Shown one piece after another: positions 1 through 16,438 of a DNA stretch of 64,000 nt. Position 1 is the stretch's first letter. Every line of letters starts with the position of its first letter. The notes below the pieces were generated by a model. The model saw only the letters and a program-made list of their open reading frames with translations, was not told the DNA's origin and did no database searches. The position numbers and the translations under genes are program-made. The stretch comes from Eledone cirrhosa. Taxonomy: Eukaryota. The stretch spans positions 28,024,001-28,088,000 of the forward strand of contig OZ024761.1 of assembly GCA_964016885.1 (NCBI GenBank), in the 5' to 3' direction.

Positions 1-1292
1 TACTACTACTAACAACACCAACTCCATTACTACTACTACTACTAACAACAACAACTCCATTACTACTACTACTACTAACAACAACAACTCCATTACTACT
101 ACTACTAACAACAACAACTCCATTACTACTACTACTAACAACAACGACTCCATTACTACTACTACTACTAACAACAACAACTCCATTACTACTACTACTA
201 ACAACAACAACTCCATTACTACTACTACTACTACTAACAACAACAACTCCATTACTACTACTACTAACAACAACAACTCCATTACTACTACTACTAACAA
301 CAACAACTCCATTACTACTACTACTAACAACAATGACTCCATTACTACTACTACTACTACTAACAACAACAACTCCATTACTACTACTACTACTAACAAC
401 AACAACTCCATTACTACTACTACTAACAACAACAACTCCATTACTACTACTACTAACAACAACGACTCCATTACTACTACTACTACTACTAACAACAACA
501 ACTCCATTACTACTACTACTAACAACAACAACTCCATTACTACTACTACTAACAACAACAACTCCATTACTACTACTACTACTAACAACAACAACTCCAT
601 TACTACTACTACTAACAACAACAACTCCATTACTACTACTACTACTAACAACAACAACTCCATTACTACTACTACTACTAACAACAACAACTCCATTACT
701 ACTACTACTAACAACAACGACTCCATTACTACTACTACTACTAACAACAACAACTCCATTACTACTACTACTAACAACAACAACTCCATTACTACTACTA
801 CTAACAACAACACCTCCATTACTACTACTACTACTAACAACAACGACTCCATTACTACTACTACTACTAAAAACGACTCCATTACTACTACTACTAACAA
901 CAACAACTCCATTACTACTACTACTAACAACAACACCTCCATTACTACTACTACTAACAACAACGACTCCATTACTACTACTACTACTACTAACGACGAC
1001 TCCATTACTACTACTACTAACATCAACGACTCCATTACTACTACTACTACTGCTACTACTACTAACAACAATACCTCCATTACTACTACTACTAACAACA
1101 ACGACTCCATTACTACTACTACTACTACTAACGACGACTCCATTACTACTACTACTAACATCAACGACTCCATTACTACTACTACTACTGCTACTACTAC
1201 TAACAACAATACCTCCATTACTACTACTACTAACAACAACGACTCCATTACTACTACTACTAACAACAACGACTCCATTACTACTACTACTA
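1..1292. repeat. ~30-33 bp minisatellite (actccattactactactactaacaacaaca)n
   Basis: Directly visible tandem unit with variable numbers of tac/aac triplets; runs into the N gap. Confidence 0.95.
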
Positions 1293-1492
1293 NNNNNNNN
1301 NNNNNNNNNNNNNNNNNNNNNNNNNNNNNNNNNNNNNNNNNNNNNNNNNNNNNNNNNNNNNNNNNNNNNNNNNNNNNNNNNNNNNNNNNNNNNNNNNNNN
1401 NNNNNNNNNNNNNNNNNNNNNNNNNNNNNNNNNNNNNNNNNNNNNNNNNNNNNNNNNNNNNNNNNNNNNNNNNNNNNNNNNNNNNNNNNNNN
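1293..1492. other. Assembly gap (200 N)
   Basis: Run of N. Confidence 1.
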
Positions 1493-1580
1493 TGATTGAA
1501 CGATAGATAGAGAGAGAGGAGAGAGAGGGTGTGTGTGTATCTATGTGTGTGAGTAATTAGAAGATAGATAGATAGATGAC

Positions 1581-1975
1581 TTTATTTTTATTTGCCACCA
1601 GGGCGTCAAAGAGAGGGACAAGTACAATGGGGCGGGTTTTACATAAAAAGGCGTCCTCAATAAGGAGGAGGCAATAACAAAATATAAAAATATAAAAATA
1701 TAAAATATAACAAAAATAAATTGAATAACAAAATCCTCAATAGGGAGGAGTCGCCTTGGGGGGTCGCACATACTGCCGAAAAAAGTGTGCAACCCTTCTC
1801 CTCAGGAGCACAGAGAGAGGGCGCTCCCTTGATCTTTCATCTTTCTCACCTACAGTCTGATGTAGAGTGAAGGCCCATTCACACGGGCCATTCTCGCCAC
1901 TTTCACCCATCTTTCATAGAAACGGCTGGGGTGCAGCACCTCTCTCTCCATCCTAATCCTTCTTCCGAAATGATA
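1581..1975 (-). mobile_element. 5'-truncated 3' end of a Tx1/L1-like LINE in (GATA)n
   Basis: Minus strand reads YHFGRRIRMEREVLHPSRFYERWVKVARMARVNGPSLYIRL*, then a 3' UTR ending in AATAAA. Resembles Tx1-type ORF2 C-termini from recall. GATA repeats on both flanks. Confidence 0.6.
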
Positions 1976-2002
1976 TCGGTAGATAGGTAGATAGATAGAT
2001 AT

Positions 2003-2312
2003 ATTTCTTTATTTACCATAAATGCATAAAAAGAAGGGACAAATACAAAGGGGGAGTTTACATACAATCGAGTAAAAAGGGTATAAAATGAAAATAATCG
2101 AAAACAACCTCAAAAGGGAGGGGACGTGATGGGGGTTGCACACACCCCCGAAAAAGTGTGCAATCCTTTGCCCGGGGAGCACATGGAGAAGGTGCTCCCC
2201 TCTCCTTCACTTCTTTACCTACAGGATGGTATACAGAGAAGGCCCATTTACACGAGCCATTCTCGCCACTATCACCCACCTTTCATAAAACTGCAGAGAA
2301 TGAGAGATGGGG
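2003..2312 (-). mobile_element. Second diverged Tx1/L1-like LINE 3' end
   Basis: Alignable to 1581-1975 (aaaaagtgtgcaa, aaggcccatt, ccattctcgccact); GATA flanks. Confidence 0.6.
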
Positions 2313-2856
2313 AGATAAATAGATACATAAATAGACATAGAGAGATAGATAGATAGCTTAAAGAGTAATTCAACAATACTATGACGTCATAATAACATCT
2401 TTCTACATTTTCACTGAGCTTCCAGCATTGTCTTCCACAACGGTTCTTCGGATTTCTTCCATTCACTTTGCTTAATACCTTATCGCTCACCCAGTAGAAA
2501 CTGTTATTAATCACCGAGAAAGTCAATCTATACATTATATGAACAATTTATGAAGGTAGGTACATGATTAACAAATATTTTTACCGGCAGTGTAGCGGTG
2601 AATATTTACTAGATTTATATTACAACAAACCTTATATTATGTTATTATGTTAGTAATGAAATAATTAATAATTTTAGTAAATCCCTTGAAATCCGTCATT
2701 AACTCATCACAACAGAGCAGAGCGTATATCTTTCAATATGTGGTTAGGAAAGGGTTAAGATGATGGTGGATAAGATGCTGGTGATGAACGACGAGTTAAC
2801 ATGATGTTATGATCGGCTAAACATGGTGTTATGAAAGGGTTAAGATAATGGTATTT

Positions 2857-3047
2857 ATAATTGTTTCTACTTTTGGCACAAGGCCAGCAATTACCCAGTA
2901 CATTACTTGTACTTTATTTTATCGACACCGTAAGGATGAAAGGCAAAGTTAACCTCGGCGGGATTTGAACTCAGATCATACAGGGAGGTAACTCTATACT
3001 TCAAAGCATGGCGTCCGACCCTCTACCGACACTGCCAATCCACCGCC
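2857..3047 (-). mobile_element. tRNA-derived SINE with Meta/MESC-like central domain, full length
   Basis: Minus strand has A-box-like TGGCAGTGTCGG, B-box GAGTTCAAATCC and core GCCTTTCATCC...GTCGATAAAATAAAGTAC. 13-bp TSD tggtatttataat at 2849 and 3049. Confidence 0.9.
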
Positions 3048-3245
3048 TTGGTATTTATAATGGTGTCATGAACGCGTTAAGATGGTGGTATTGTGAACGG
3101 GTTAAGATGATGGTATTTATGATGGTATGGCATGCATGCACGTTTCCGTAACACCTGAGGCAATCTTAGAGACACCGTATTGACACAACAGAATTTTAGG
3201 ATAGCGGGACTGAAAGAATGGAAGTAAGAAAGAGAGATAATGGAA

Positions 3246-3385
3246 GACTCGATCCCAGTACTTGACTTACTTTTTATGGACCTCGAATGGATGACAGGCA
3301 AAGTTGACCTCAACGGGATTAGATCTCAAAGAGCAGCGAGCTGATTATTCTATCCGACATTCTAATGACTTTTCCAAATCGCCGT
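3246..3385 (-). mobile_element. Old degenerate SINE of the same superfamily
   Basis: cccagtacttgact...ggatgacaggcaaagttgacctc. Confidence 0.65.
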
Positions 3386-3907
3386 GTATGAAGGTGGCTA
3401 TGAACCGGTTAGGAATATGGTTGTTAAGATGGTGTCTGTAAATATTTTGAAGCCAAGATGGTATTTCTAGTGTTAGGTTTAAGAGCTCTATGACGCTTGA
3501 ATGTAAGAATCTCTATCAATGTTTCATGTTGCCAAATAAAAAGAAGAAAAATAAAGTAATTTTTATGGTGGTGATATCGGAGATGAGTGTTTCCAGAGAT
3601 TTTTTAGGGTTTCTATAAAATGGTAATGGAGTCTGTAGAGGAGGATGGTGACTTAGTTTGGCGTTTTATACGTTTTTCAACCGAACAATGTTTTCAGAGA
3701 ATTTACGATTCCAAAGATTTGGCTCGTGTTAGAATGAATCGGTTTTATTTAGTCCCCGATGATCACAATATTCTGTTATTTGTACAAGATGTTAAAGCAT
3801 TATCGAAGGGAGATTTGTGTGCTATTTATATCAAAGGGAGAAGTCACATACATGCATACATAGATGTCCGTATTGGTACTACGAGTCGAAGAAATATCGG
3901 AATGCAA

Positions 3908-3949
<42 letters not shown>

Positions 3950-3987
3950 AGTATATGTTGGTTGTATAGGTAGAGATGGAGTATATG

Positions 3988-4042
3988 TTGGCCTGAAGAG
4001 GTCACAGTCAAAGATGGCTGTCACCGAAATATATATAGCAGT
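3988..4042 (+). ncRNA. Type I hammerhead ribozyme motif (family B)
   Basis: CUGAAGA-GG[hairpin]CC-GAAA-UAUAUA-UA/GCAGU followed by AATAAA; relatives at 32984, 33255, 51990. Confidence 0.7.
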
Positions 4043-4099
4043 AATAAACGAAGCCAAATTTTAAACATTTGACTTATTTATTTTATTTTATATATAGAG

Positions 4100-4403
4100 A
4101 GAGACTGAATAAAAATGGCGTAGACATACAATACAACAGGAGGAAAATATAGCACCACTGACGATGTTGCAGATGTGCAACGAAAGATTTATGATAAACT
4201 ATATATATGTGTTTGTGTCTATATTGTATCTGTATTATTTTTGACCGTCGGTCAGTCAATGGCAACATTGAGGACCGAGTAAGTTAGATTACCGATATAA
4301 AAGACACAGAAGCGAGAAGCGAAAACCAACCAAACAGTGAGCGTGTTCTGTTATTAATTCTGGCAATATTACACAAATATGACCCTCCCCAAGTATAACA
4401 ATA
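4100..4403 (+). mobile_element. Penelope pLTR-like module containing an HHR motif at ~4155-4195
   Basis: CUGACGA-U-GUUGCA-gaug-UGCAAC-GAAA; near-identical inverted copy at 58222-58520. Confidence 0.65.
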
Positions 4404-4808
4404 TTAAATGATTCTATTTAAATATAATTCTATTAAATGATTCTATTTAAATATGATTGTATTAAATGATTCTATTTAAATATGATTCTATTAAATGATT
4501 CTATTAAATGATTCTATTTAAATATGATTCTATTAAATGATTCTATTTAAATATGATTCTATTAAATGATTCTATTAAATGATTCTATTTAAATATGATT
4601 CTATTAAATGATTCTATTTAAATATGATTATATTAAATGATTCTATTTAAATATGATTCTATTAAATGATTCTATTTAAATATGATTATATTAAATGATT
4701 CTATTTAAATATGATTCTATTAAATGATTCTATTTAAATATGATTCTATTAAATGATTCTATTTAAATATGATTCTATTAAATGATTCTATTTAAATATG
4801 ATTCTATT
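4403..4808. repeat. AT-rich minisatellite (attaaatgattctatttaaatatgattct)n
   Basis: Direct tandem ~29 bp unit built from 13 and 16 bp subunits. Confidence 0.95.
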
Positions 4809-5169
4809 CAACACATTCGCCCCCCATATTTATACACTTTTTGCAGCAAACCTACCTTCCCCCTAAAGGAAAGAGTTCTACACTTTCGCGATAGGCTTAA
4901 AGCCAGGAACCTTTCAACGCACCCTCGTATGTTACTCTAACTATGCTGTCAATTAGGTACAGTTGTTTCCTTGGACACCTATGTCAGATTATTACCACGA
5001 CAGTCCCCAAATCATCAACCCTTATTAATTCCATTTTGTAATAGTCTGTCAAATAAGAAATTGTTGCTAAATAACAGCTTGGTTAATGTAAAAATATATC
5101 TGTATTCTGTATACAACATCTCGTTCCAGGGCTTCAGTGCTGCGTTCCAATCTTTCAATAGACACACAC

Positions 5170-7242
<2,073 letters not shown>

Positions 7243-7627
7243 CATTTAGTGGCGTGTCAGTTGTTCTGAGATCAATGGTAAAAGCTATAATTATTACATC
7301 GTTGAATTATCATTTAGTCAGTTAAAGTCAGAGAATATAAAAAATGCTTGTTATGGTTTATTAAGAGGACAGTCTATTATAAGGTGTCAAAATGAAGCGT
7401 CACCTTTCTCTGTCCTTATCATTGACATAATTTTATTAAATCTTTTACTTATAGAAAACATACAACTTCTACCCTTTACATTAGTTTTATACTCATGCGC
7501 ACAAATATAAGTATATACGTACGTAAGTACATACGTACATACGTGCATACATACAATATATATATATATATACCATGTACCTAGATTTATACGTGCATAT
7601 GTACGTACATACAAATATACACATATG

Positions 7628-7932
7628 ATGGCAAAAAAAGTCTGCTAAGATTATTACAATATCTTGTCAGATTACAGAAAATGGTGTACTTTTAGGCTAC
7701 AGCCAGCCATACGGAACTGTAACAGATCCTGAACAAGCAATACCTGTGTTTTGAAGGTGTTTTAAGTGGTGTAATGCCTTGCACTCAACCAATCCCACTC
7801 TCTGAGCATCGAAAACACCACCCAAAAAGGAGAACTGGTCAACATCATTGGATGCTTCCGAAGCCGCAGTTCTTTTTTCAGAGTTTCCCTCTTCTAGTAA
7901 GGTGTTGTAAAAACAACTGGGGGCCTTTCGTA
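7628..7932 (-). mobile_element. Diverged relative of the RTE-5'UTR-like element
   Basis: Shares gtcaacatcattggat, cccactct and gagttt(t)cc with 8726-9137. Confidence 0.5.
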
Positions 7933-8021
7933 TATACATACACACATGCATACATACATACGTACATACATACATACATACATACATACATACATACATA
8001 CATACATACATACATACATAC

Positions 8022-9137
8022 ATGGTGGCTGCCAACTCGTTTTCGAGTACGGCCACTACTTTATATCCATGTAGGAGAACCCCTACCGATGAGCTGAACG
8101 AGTGTGACTTTTTAGTCCAGCCAGCGACTTGAAAACTCTGGTACAAACACTACACTTGTGACAATTTCTGATACAAAGCGCTGGGCCCATGGTAACATGT
8201 GACGACAAGTGCAGAGAGATCGCCAGATATAAAGCAATGCCTGTGCCGTGAAGCTTTTATAGTGAGCCAAGGCACTGCACAAAGCCAGTCCCACTCTCTT
8301 AACCAAGATGATATTTACCAAAAAGAAGAACATACATACATACATACATACATACATACATACATACATACATACATACATACATGGTGGCTGCCAACTC
8401 GTTTTCGAGTACGGCCACTACTTTATATCAATGTAGGAGAGCTCCTACCGATGCGCTGAACGAGTGTGACTTTTTAGTCCAGCCAGCGACTTGAAAACTC
8501 TGGTACAAACACTACACTTGTGACAATTTCTGATACAAAGCGATGGGCCCATGGTACCATGTGAGGACAAGTGCAGAGAGATCTCCAGATATAAAGCAAT
8601 GCCTGTGCCGTGAAGCTTTTACAGTGAGCAAAGGCACTGCACAAAGCCAGTCCCACTCTCTTAACCAAGATGATATTTACCAAAAAGAAGAACATACATA
8701 CATACATACATACATACATACATACATGGTGGCTGCCAACTCGTTTTCGAGTACGGCCACTACTTTATATCCATGTAGGAGATCTCCTACCGATGCGCTG
8801 AACGAGTGTGACATTTTAGTCCAGCCAGAGACTTGAAAACTCTGGTACAAATACTAGACTTGTGACAATTACTGACACAAAGTGCTGGGCCCATGGTACC
8901 ATGTGACGACAAGTGCAGAGAGATCTCCAGATATAAAGCAATGCCTGTGCCGTGAAGCTTTTACAGTGAGCAAAGGCACTGCACAAAGCCAGTCCCACTC
9001 TCGCTACCAAGATGATATTTACCAAAAAGAAGAACAAGTCAACATCATTGGATACCATCAGGGTTGCAGGTGTTATATCAGAGTTTTCCTCCTCCTAGAA
9101 TTCTGCCTTGACAAAGGCTAAGGGGTCATCTCTCCCA
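8022..9137 (-). mobile_element. Three tandem copies of an RTE-5'UTR-like element separated by (TACA)n
   Basis: Units start at ~8022, 8384 and 8726 (atggtggctgccaactcg); reverse complement of part of 13765-14372. Confidence 0.75.
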
Positions 9138-9293
9138 TACATACATTTAATCGTAATCTATGTCGACAGAAGTCTGTCGAGTAGGATTGAACACTATGGG
9201 AGCCTGAAAATATGACTCTCTATAGTATGTCCAAAATATGTACATACGTACGTTTATATGTGTATCTTTACCGATCAATCTATCTAACTGCAC

Positions 9294-9367
<74 letters not shown>

Positions 9368-9509
9368 GTATATATAAATGTATATATATATAAATGTATG
9401 TATATATTAATAAATGTATATGTATATACATAAATGTATATATATAAATGTATGTATATATATTTATGTATGTATATATATACATACACACACACACATA
9501 TATACACAC

Positions 9510-9569
<60 letters not shown>

Positions 9570-9613
9570 TTATATATATATATATATATATAAATAAACA
9601 CATATATATATAA

Positions 9614-9650
<37 letters not shown>

Positions 9651-9675
9651 TATATATATACATTTATATATATAC

Positions 9676-9721
<46 letters not shown>

Positions 9722-9729
9722 TTATATAC

Positions 9730-9766
<37 letters not shown>

Positions 9767-9823
9767 CATTTATATACAATGATATTAAATAAATGGAAAC
9801 TATATTTATAAAACCATATTTAT

Positions 9824-9878
9824 TCTATTATATATATTTCAAGGGTACCAAAACTTTGGTACGCTTTCATCAGATAAA
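9824..9878 (-). ncRNA. Type I hammerhead ribozyme motif (family A) in module 9778-10002
   Basis: Minus: UUAU-CUGAUGA-AAG-C-GUACCAAAG..UUUGGUAC-CCUU-GAAA-UAUAUA-UA/AUAG. Confidence 0.8.
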
Positions 9879-10000
9879 TTACGAAGTTTGTTTCATAAAT
9901 TTTGACATAACCAAGAAACGACACGTTGGAAAACTTGAACCGTTGAATCAGTTACAAGCATTTATACTTGTTGAATTACCAACAAATTGAATATCCCTTT

Positions 10001-10097
<97 letters not shown>

Positions 10098-10098
10098 C

Positions 10099-10179
<81 letters not shown>

Positions 10180-10183
10180 CATT

Positions 10184-10957
<774 letters not shown>

Positions 10958-11326
10958 TATACATTTATATACGTATGTGGCAAAATATTCGTCGTGGCAA
11001 AATTTCAAACAATTTGCAGCTAGATTTCTACTTGACAACTTCTATTCCTGGCCCAATGATTGCTAATTTTGACAGATAAGTGGAGCAGTAGTGTTAGCTG
11101 GCATCAACCCACCTCCATCTCTGCATTCCTTACACACCTTAGCTGCCATTAGCACAGCATTTTTCTCGACTATTTCCCGTATTTTTGTTATTATTTTTGG
11201 ATGAATATTAATAATTCTGCCTCTCTGAATCTCGTTTTAAAGCTATGATATGATATCTTAATCCTTTCATGTAGGCTGGCTAGTGTAAGATTTTCTCTCA
11301 TTCCCGGACTTACATATATACACACA

Positions 11327-11382
<56 letters not shown>

Positions 11383-11387
11383 AATAT

Positions 11388-11575
11388 GGATTGAGAGGAA
11401 GGGCTGTTTGGTTACTGATAGCGGGTGTTAGAAGTTAAGGAGACACACACAAGAGATGGACAGTATCCCTTCCTCAGTAGTTTACTACGGGTCACGGATG
11501 CTTCAACGCATTATAAACTATACAACTACCCGTAGCACCCCCATAGCCTTTTATGTATCAAAAGGCCACGAGAGA
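11388..11575. mobile_element. Structured dispersed repeat, diverged relative at 12580-12770
   Basis: Both copies keep the ctacgg...ccgtag stem and the gcctttt-atNtatc-aaaaggc hairpin. Confidence 0.55.
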
Positions 11576-11606
11576 GAGAGAAAGAAGAGAAAAATATATA
11601 TATATA

Positions 11607-11790
11607 ATAATTGTTTCTACTTTAGGCACAAGGCCAGCAATCACCCAGTGCATTACTGGTACTTTATTTTATCGACCCCGTAAGGATGAAAAGCAAAGTC
11701 AACCTCGGCGGGATTTGAACTCAGATCGTAAAGGGACGTAACTATGCTGGAAAGAATGGCGTCCGACTCTCTACCGATACTGCCAATCCA
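11607..11790 (-). mobile_element. tRNA-derived SINE
   Basis: Same consensus as 2857-3047. Confidence 0.9.
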
Positions 11791-11855
11791 CATATATATT
11801 AATGATAATTATAATACAAGGACGATTTGTTCAGCCTTCATTACGTTTACTGATT

Positions 11856-11940
11856 GGTGATGCACGTTTCGCTATTGATCAGCTCAAGGTTCGAACTGTA
11901 TTCGTCTGGCCCGACACTGGAATCAAAAGCTCGTCGGACC
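11856..11940 (-). ncRNA. Hammerhead motif with long stem II (family C), U4C variant
   Basis: Minus: GGU-CCGACGA-GCU...AGC-GAAA-CGUGCA-UC/ACC; partial second unit 11965-12032; relatives at 34183 and 51068. Confidence 0.55.
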
Positions 11941-12526
11941 TCTGATGTTGTAATGACATTTGGTGATTGATCAGCTTAAGGTCCGATCTCTATTGATCGG
12001 GCCCGACTCTGGAATCAAAAGCACATCAGACTTTTGTTAGTTTAACGACTCCAACACATCGACATTTCTCTCCTCTTTGCAATATAATGCGTGAAACTAG
12101 TAAAACTTTTTGTATCACTGTGTGTTGTCTCCTTGAACTATATATATATGTGTGTATGTATATAACAAAGAACAATGAAAGTGTGCTAAGCAACCGAGTG
12201 GACCATAACGCACCAGAGTACTCGATACTTAGAGTAGCAGAGTGGGTAATATCTATCTATCGAACTATCGCGCAAATTTATAGATCTATCTGTCAACCCA
12301 TCTATCTAACTATCTATCCCTCCCTCTCCCCATACCTCTCTCTCTCTCTCTTTCTCTCTCTCCTCTCTCGCTCTCTGTATTCATATATATATAAATACAC
12401 ACACACATACATACACACACACAGACACACAAACACACACACACATATATATATATATACTGTATATATATATAAGTGTTAGTATCCTCTCTCTCTCTCT
12501 GTATTCATATATATATATATATAAAT

Positions 12527-12581
<55 letters not shown>

Positions 12582-12886
12582 TGTTAGTAAGGTGAGGCTG
12601 CGTGGTTATTGAAAACGAAGTGTTAGAAGGTAAGGGGACACAAACAAGAGATGAAAAATTTCCATTCGTCAGCTGTTTACTACGGATCATGGTTGTTTCC
12701 GCGCATGTAAGCAGAACATCAACCCGTAGCGCGCCCACGGCCTTTTATCTATCAAAAGGCCACGAGGGAAAGAAGTGATAGCGAAGAGAGAGGAAGAAAG
12801 AAAAAGGGAAGAATAAAAACATATATATATGGAAAGAGAGCTGTCGAAACGGCCGGAGCTTAGCCGTCGTGGTCCTGACACTTTTC

Positions 12887-12942
<56 letters not shown>

Positions 12943-12984
12943 GATATTAATAAATGGAAACTATATTTATAAAACCATATTTAT

Positions 12985-13044
12985 TTCATTATATATATTT
13001 CAAGGATACCAAGTTACATTATGGTATGCCTTCATCAGACAAAA
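12985..13044 (-). ncRNA. Type I hammerhead motif (family A) in module 12941-13130
   Basis: Minus: CUGAUGA-AGG-CAUACCA...UGGUAU-CCUU-GAAA-UAUAUA-UA. Confidence 0.75.
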
Positions 13045-13391
13045 TACAATATATAACAGTTTTATAAATAGACATTGACGTACCCCTTTTAAAAATTGAC
13101 CGTTGTTTTTGGAGGCCATCAGGATAGTGATTTGTTTACTTTAGTAAGTCATAGTGTTAAGAGTAAGTAAAAAGATGGAGAGGGAGAGAGACGTGGAGAA
13201 AAGAAAGGGAGAGATAGATAAAGAAAAAGAAGAAAACAAAAAGAAAAAAGAACAGAGGAACAATAACGGGGAGATATCAAACCATCAGAGAAAGAAAAAA
13301 AATCCAGTGAGAGATATATAGAGATAGAGAGAGGGGGGCAGAGAACGAAAGCCTTAAGTTATGTCATATTAAGTTGAGTTAACAATTGGGA

Positions 13392-13439
<48 letters not shown>

Positions 13440-13505
13440 TGTTGTACGGTTGTAATTAAATGCGTCCGTGGGCGGTATGCCGGTTGAGCACTTTGAATCC
13501 ACAAA

Positions 13506-13575
13506 GCATATCTGAGGAACCTTCGAATACTGATCCTGCCTTAAGCTGATCGACGGTGAAACATATGTAATATGT
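13506..13575 (+). ncRNA. Type I hammerhead ribozyme motif (family D), intact
   Basis: GCAUAU-CUGAGGA-ACC...GGU-GAAA-CAUAUG-UA/AUAUGU: 6-bp stem I, palindromic stem III, AATAAA immediately after. Confidence 0.85.
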
Positions 13576-13623
13576 TAATAAATTCTGGTTTGATGCATTA
13601 CTGATTCCTCGTTATCTAATATA

Positions 13624-13680
<57 letters not shown>

Positions 13681-13721
13681 ATATATATATGTATATATAT
13701 ATGTATATATATATATATGTG

Positions 13722-13755
<34 letters not shown>

Positions 13756-13764
13756 CACATTTAT

Positions 13765-14372
13765 GTCAGGTCACCAGTTGGTGCTACTGGTAACATGTAT
13801 CCCAGTACAACCTGTCTCATGGTCGGGTCGTTGGCGACTAAACTGGCAACCCCACCAAGGTTTCTTGGTGAGGAGGGTGACTTTGGACATCCTGCAGGAC
13901 TAAAAACAAAACCTGTCAAAGGGCAAAGGAGCTCTTAAGAGTCAATGGCCATCCAAAATCACCGGGAGAGATGACCCCTTAGCCTTTATCAAGGAAGAAT
14001 TCTAGGAGAAGGAAAACTCTGATATAACACCTGCAACCCTGATGGTATCCAATGATGTTGACTTGTTCTTCTTTTTGGTAAATATCATATTGGTTAAGAG
14101 AGTGGGACTGGCTTTGTGCAGTGCCTTTGCTCACTATAAAAGCTTCACGGCACAGGCATTGCTTTATATCTGGAGATCTCTCTGCACTTGTCGTCACATG
14201 GTACCATGGGCCCAGCACTATGTGTCAATAATTGTCACAAGTGTAGTGTTTGTACCAGAGTTTTCAAGTCGCTGGCTGGACTAAAAAGTCACACTCGTTC
14301 AGCGCATCGGTAGAAGTTCTCCTACATGGATATAAAGTAGTGACCATACTCGAAAACGAGTTGGCAGCCACC
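13765..14372 (+). mobile_element. RTE-5'UTR-like non-autonomous element, longest copy
   Basis: Contains ttctaggagaaggaaaactctga, a motif I recall from RTE-clade 5' UTRs and derived SINEs; same family as 8022-9137; flanked by (TA)n. Confidence 0.6.
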
Positions 14373-14409
14373 ATATATATATATATATGTGTGTATATAT
14401 ATATGTATA

Positions 14410-14535
<126 letters not shown>

Positions 14536-14561
14536 AATATGTATATGTATATATATATATG

Positions 14562-14594
<33 letters not shown>

Positions 14595-14613
14595 GTATAT
14601 GTATATATATATG

Positions 14614-14726
<113 letters not shown>

Positions 14727-14804
14727 CCAAAGATTAATATCACTGCCAACACTGGAATTGTATATTTAAGACCGTAGCGGTATGTCATATATCAAATCAT
14801 ATAT

Positions 14805-14860
14805 TTTATCTGATGAAGACGTACTGAAAAAACACAGTACCTTTGAAATATATATAATAA
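14805..14860 (+). ncRNA. Type I hammerhead motif (family A-related)
   Basis: UUAU-CUGAUGA-AGAC-GUACUG...CAGUAC-CUUU-GAAA-UAUAUA-UA/AUAA. Confidence 0.8.
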
Positions 14861-15040
14861 GTGGGCCCCATCGCGTACAATACATTAGTTAAATACCATT
14901 CTTTCATCTGATACAACACAATAAAGACTATAATAAAGGATATATCTTGATTATGTGAATATCCTTCATCTTGAATAATATTATATATATATATGGAGAA
15001 GAAGTTTACGAAATGGAAATGCGGGTATATAGAATTTATT

Positions 15041-15157
15041 AGGTAACAATTGTTTCTATAGTGTATGGGTTACCTATACCTCGCTATTTGAATAATATAC
15101 AAATATTATCATAAACCGAAGGTACACTGTAAGCAAACACGCCATGTCTTCAGACCT
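15041..15157 (-). ncRNA. Hammerhead motif with ~90-nt stem II (family E)
   Basis: Minus: AGGU-CUGAAGA-[long]-GAAA-CAAUUG-UU/ACCU then AATAAA; plus-strand copy at 49935. Confidence 0.75.
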
Positions 15158-15406
15158 TTGTATTAGAATGATATGAAAATATTTTATACACTAGATAAAA
15201 GATAAAGAAGGAGGTAGGAAGAGAAGGGGAAGAGGGAAGTGTAACATTGGAATACAAATATATATATATATATATATACGGAAAAAAATGAAACGAAATT
15301 TCATTTCCCACTCTTAGTACGGCTGTTACTTAAATATAAGTATGTATACCTACATACATATATGTATACAGACGTACAGTAGTATGTATATATATATACA
15401 TACATG

Positions 15407-15469
<63 letters not shown>

Positions 15470-15587
15470 GTATGGATTCACCGAACATTTATTATAATGC
15501 TCGGTGTGTTTGTAAACAAACATCCCGTATTAAGCCGTACAGTGTCCAGCAACCATCGTTGCTCGTTTGTTCAACACTCACAAAGGA

Positions 15588-15630
15588 ACGCTGTACTAGT
15601 TTCAAGCTTATTAGCTATCGTCAGCAACGT
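15588..15630 (-). ncRNA. Minimal type I hammerhead motif (family F)
   Basis: Minus: ACGUUG-CUGACGA-U-AGCU-aaua-AGCU-U-GAAA-CUAG-UA/CAGCGU. Confidence 0.8.
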
Positions 15631-15645
15631 ATACCTTCATGTACG

Positions 15646-15765
<120 letters not shown>

Positions 15766-16071
15766 TATTCAATAAATTTATTAAAGTTCCTCAAACTTTT
15801 CTTCGCAGAAAATTGTCATTACTTTCAAAAGAGCATTTTCTGAGTTTCAATCTTTGCTTGTAATTTATTTCCCACAAACAGAGAATTAAAAAAATAATAT
15901 AAACATTAATTAATTATAAATCACGGAATAAAAACGAAATAGAAAATAGCTTGAAATATATTATTTTAACAAACATTTATTCATAATTAATGAAATTAGA
16001 TTTTTGCCTGAAATAAAATTTCGCTATTCTCCAAATAAAACACGAAACATATATATATACACACATACACC

Positions 16072-16113
<42 letters not shown>

Positions 16114-16207
16114 CGAATATATATATATATCGGCATACACATATATCTATATTTTATATATATCTATACATACACACACTCACACACACCATATATATAT
16201 ATACATG

Positions 16208-16299
<92 letters not shown>

Positions 16300-16302
16300 C
16301 AC

Positions 16303-16373
<71 letters not shown>

Positions 16374-16402
16374 TATATATATATATTATATATATACATA
16401 TG

Positions 16403-16438
<36 letters not shown>

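Noticed and set aside
333-1499. 388-aa Leu/Thr ORF
   Set aside because: Translation of a minisatellite running through an N gap
2857-3047. tRNA genes suggested by A/B boxes
   Set aside because: These are SINE heads; no complete cloverleaf
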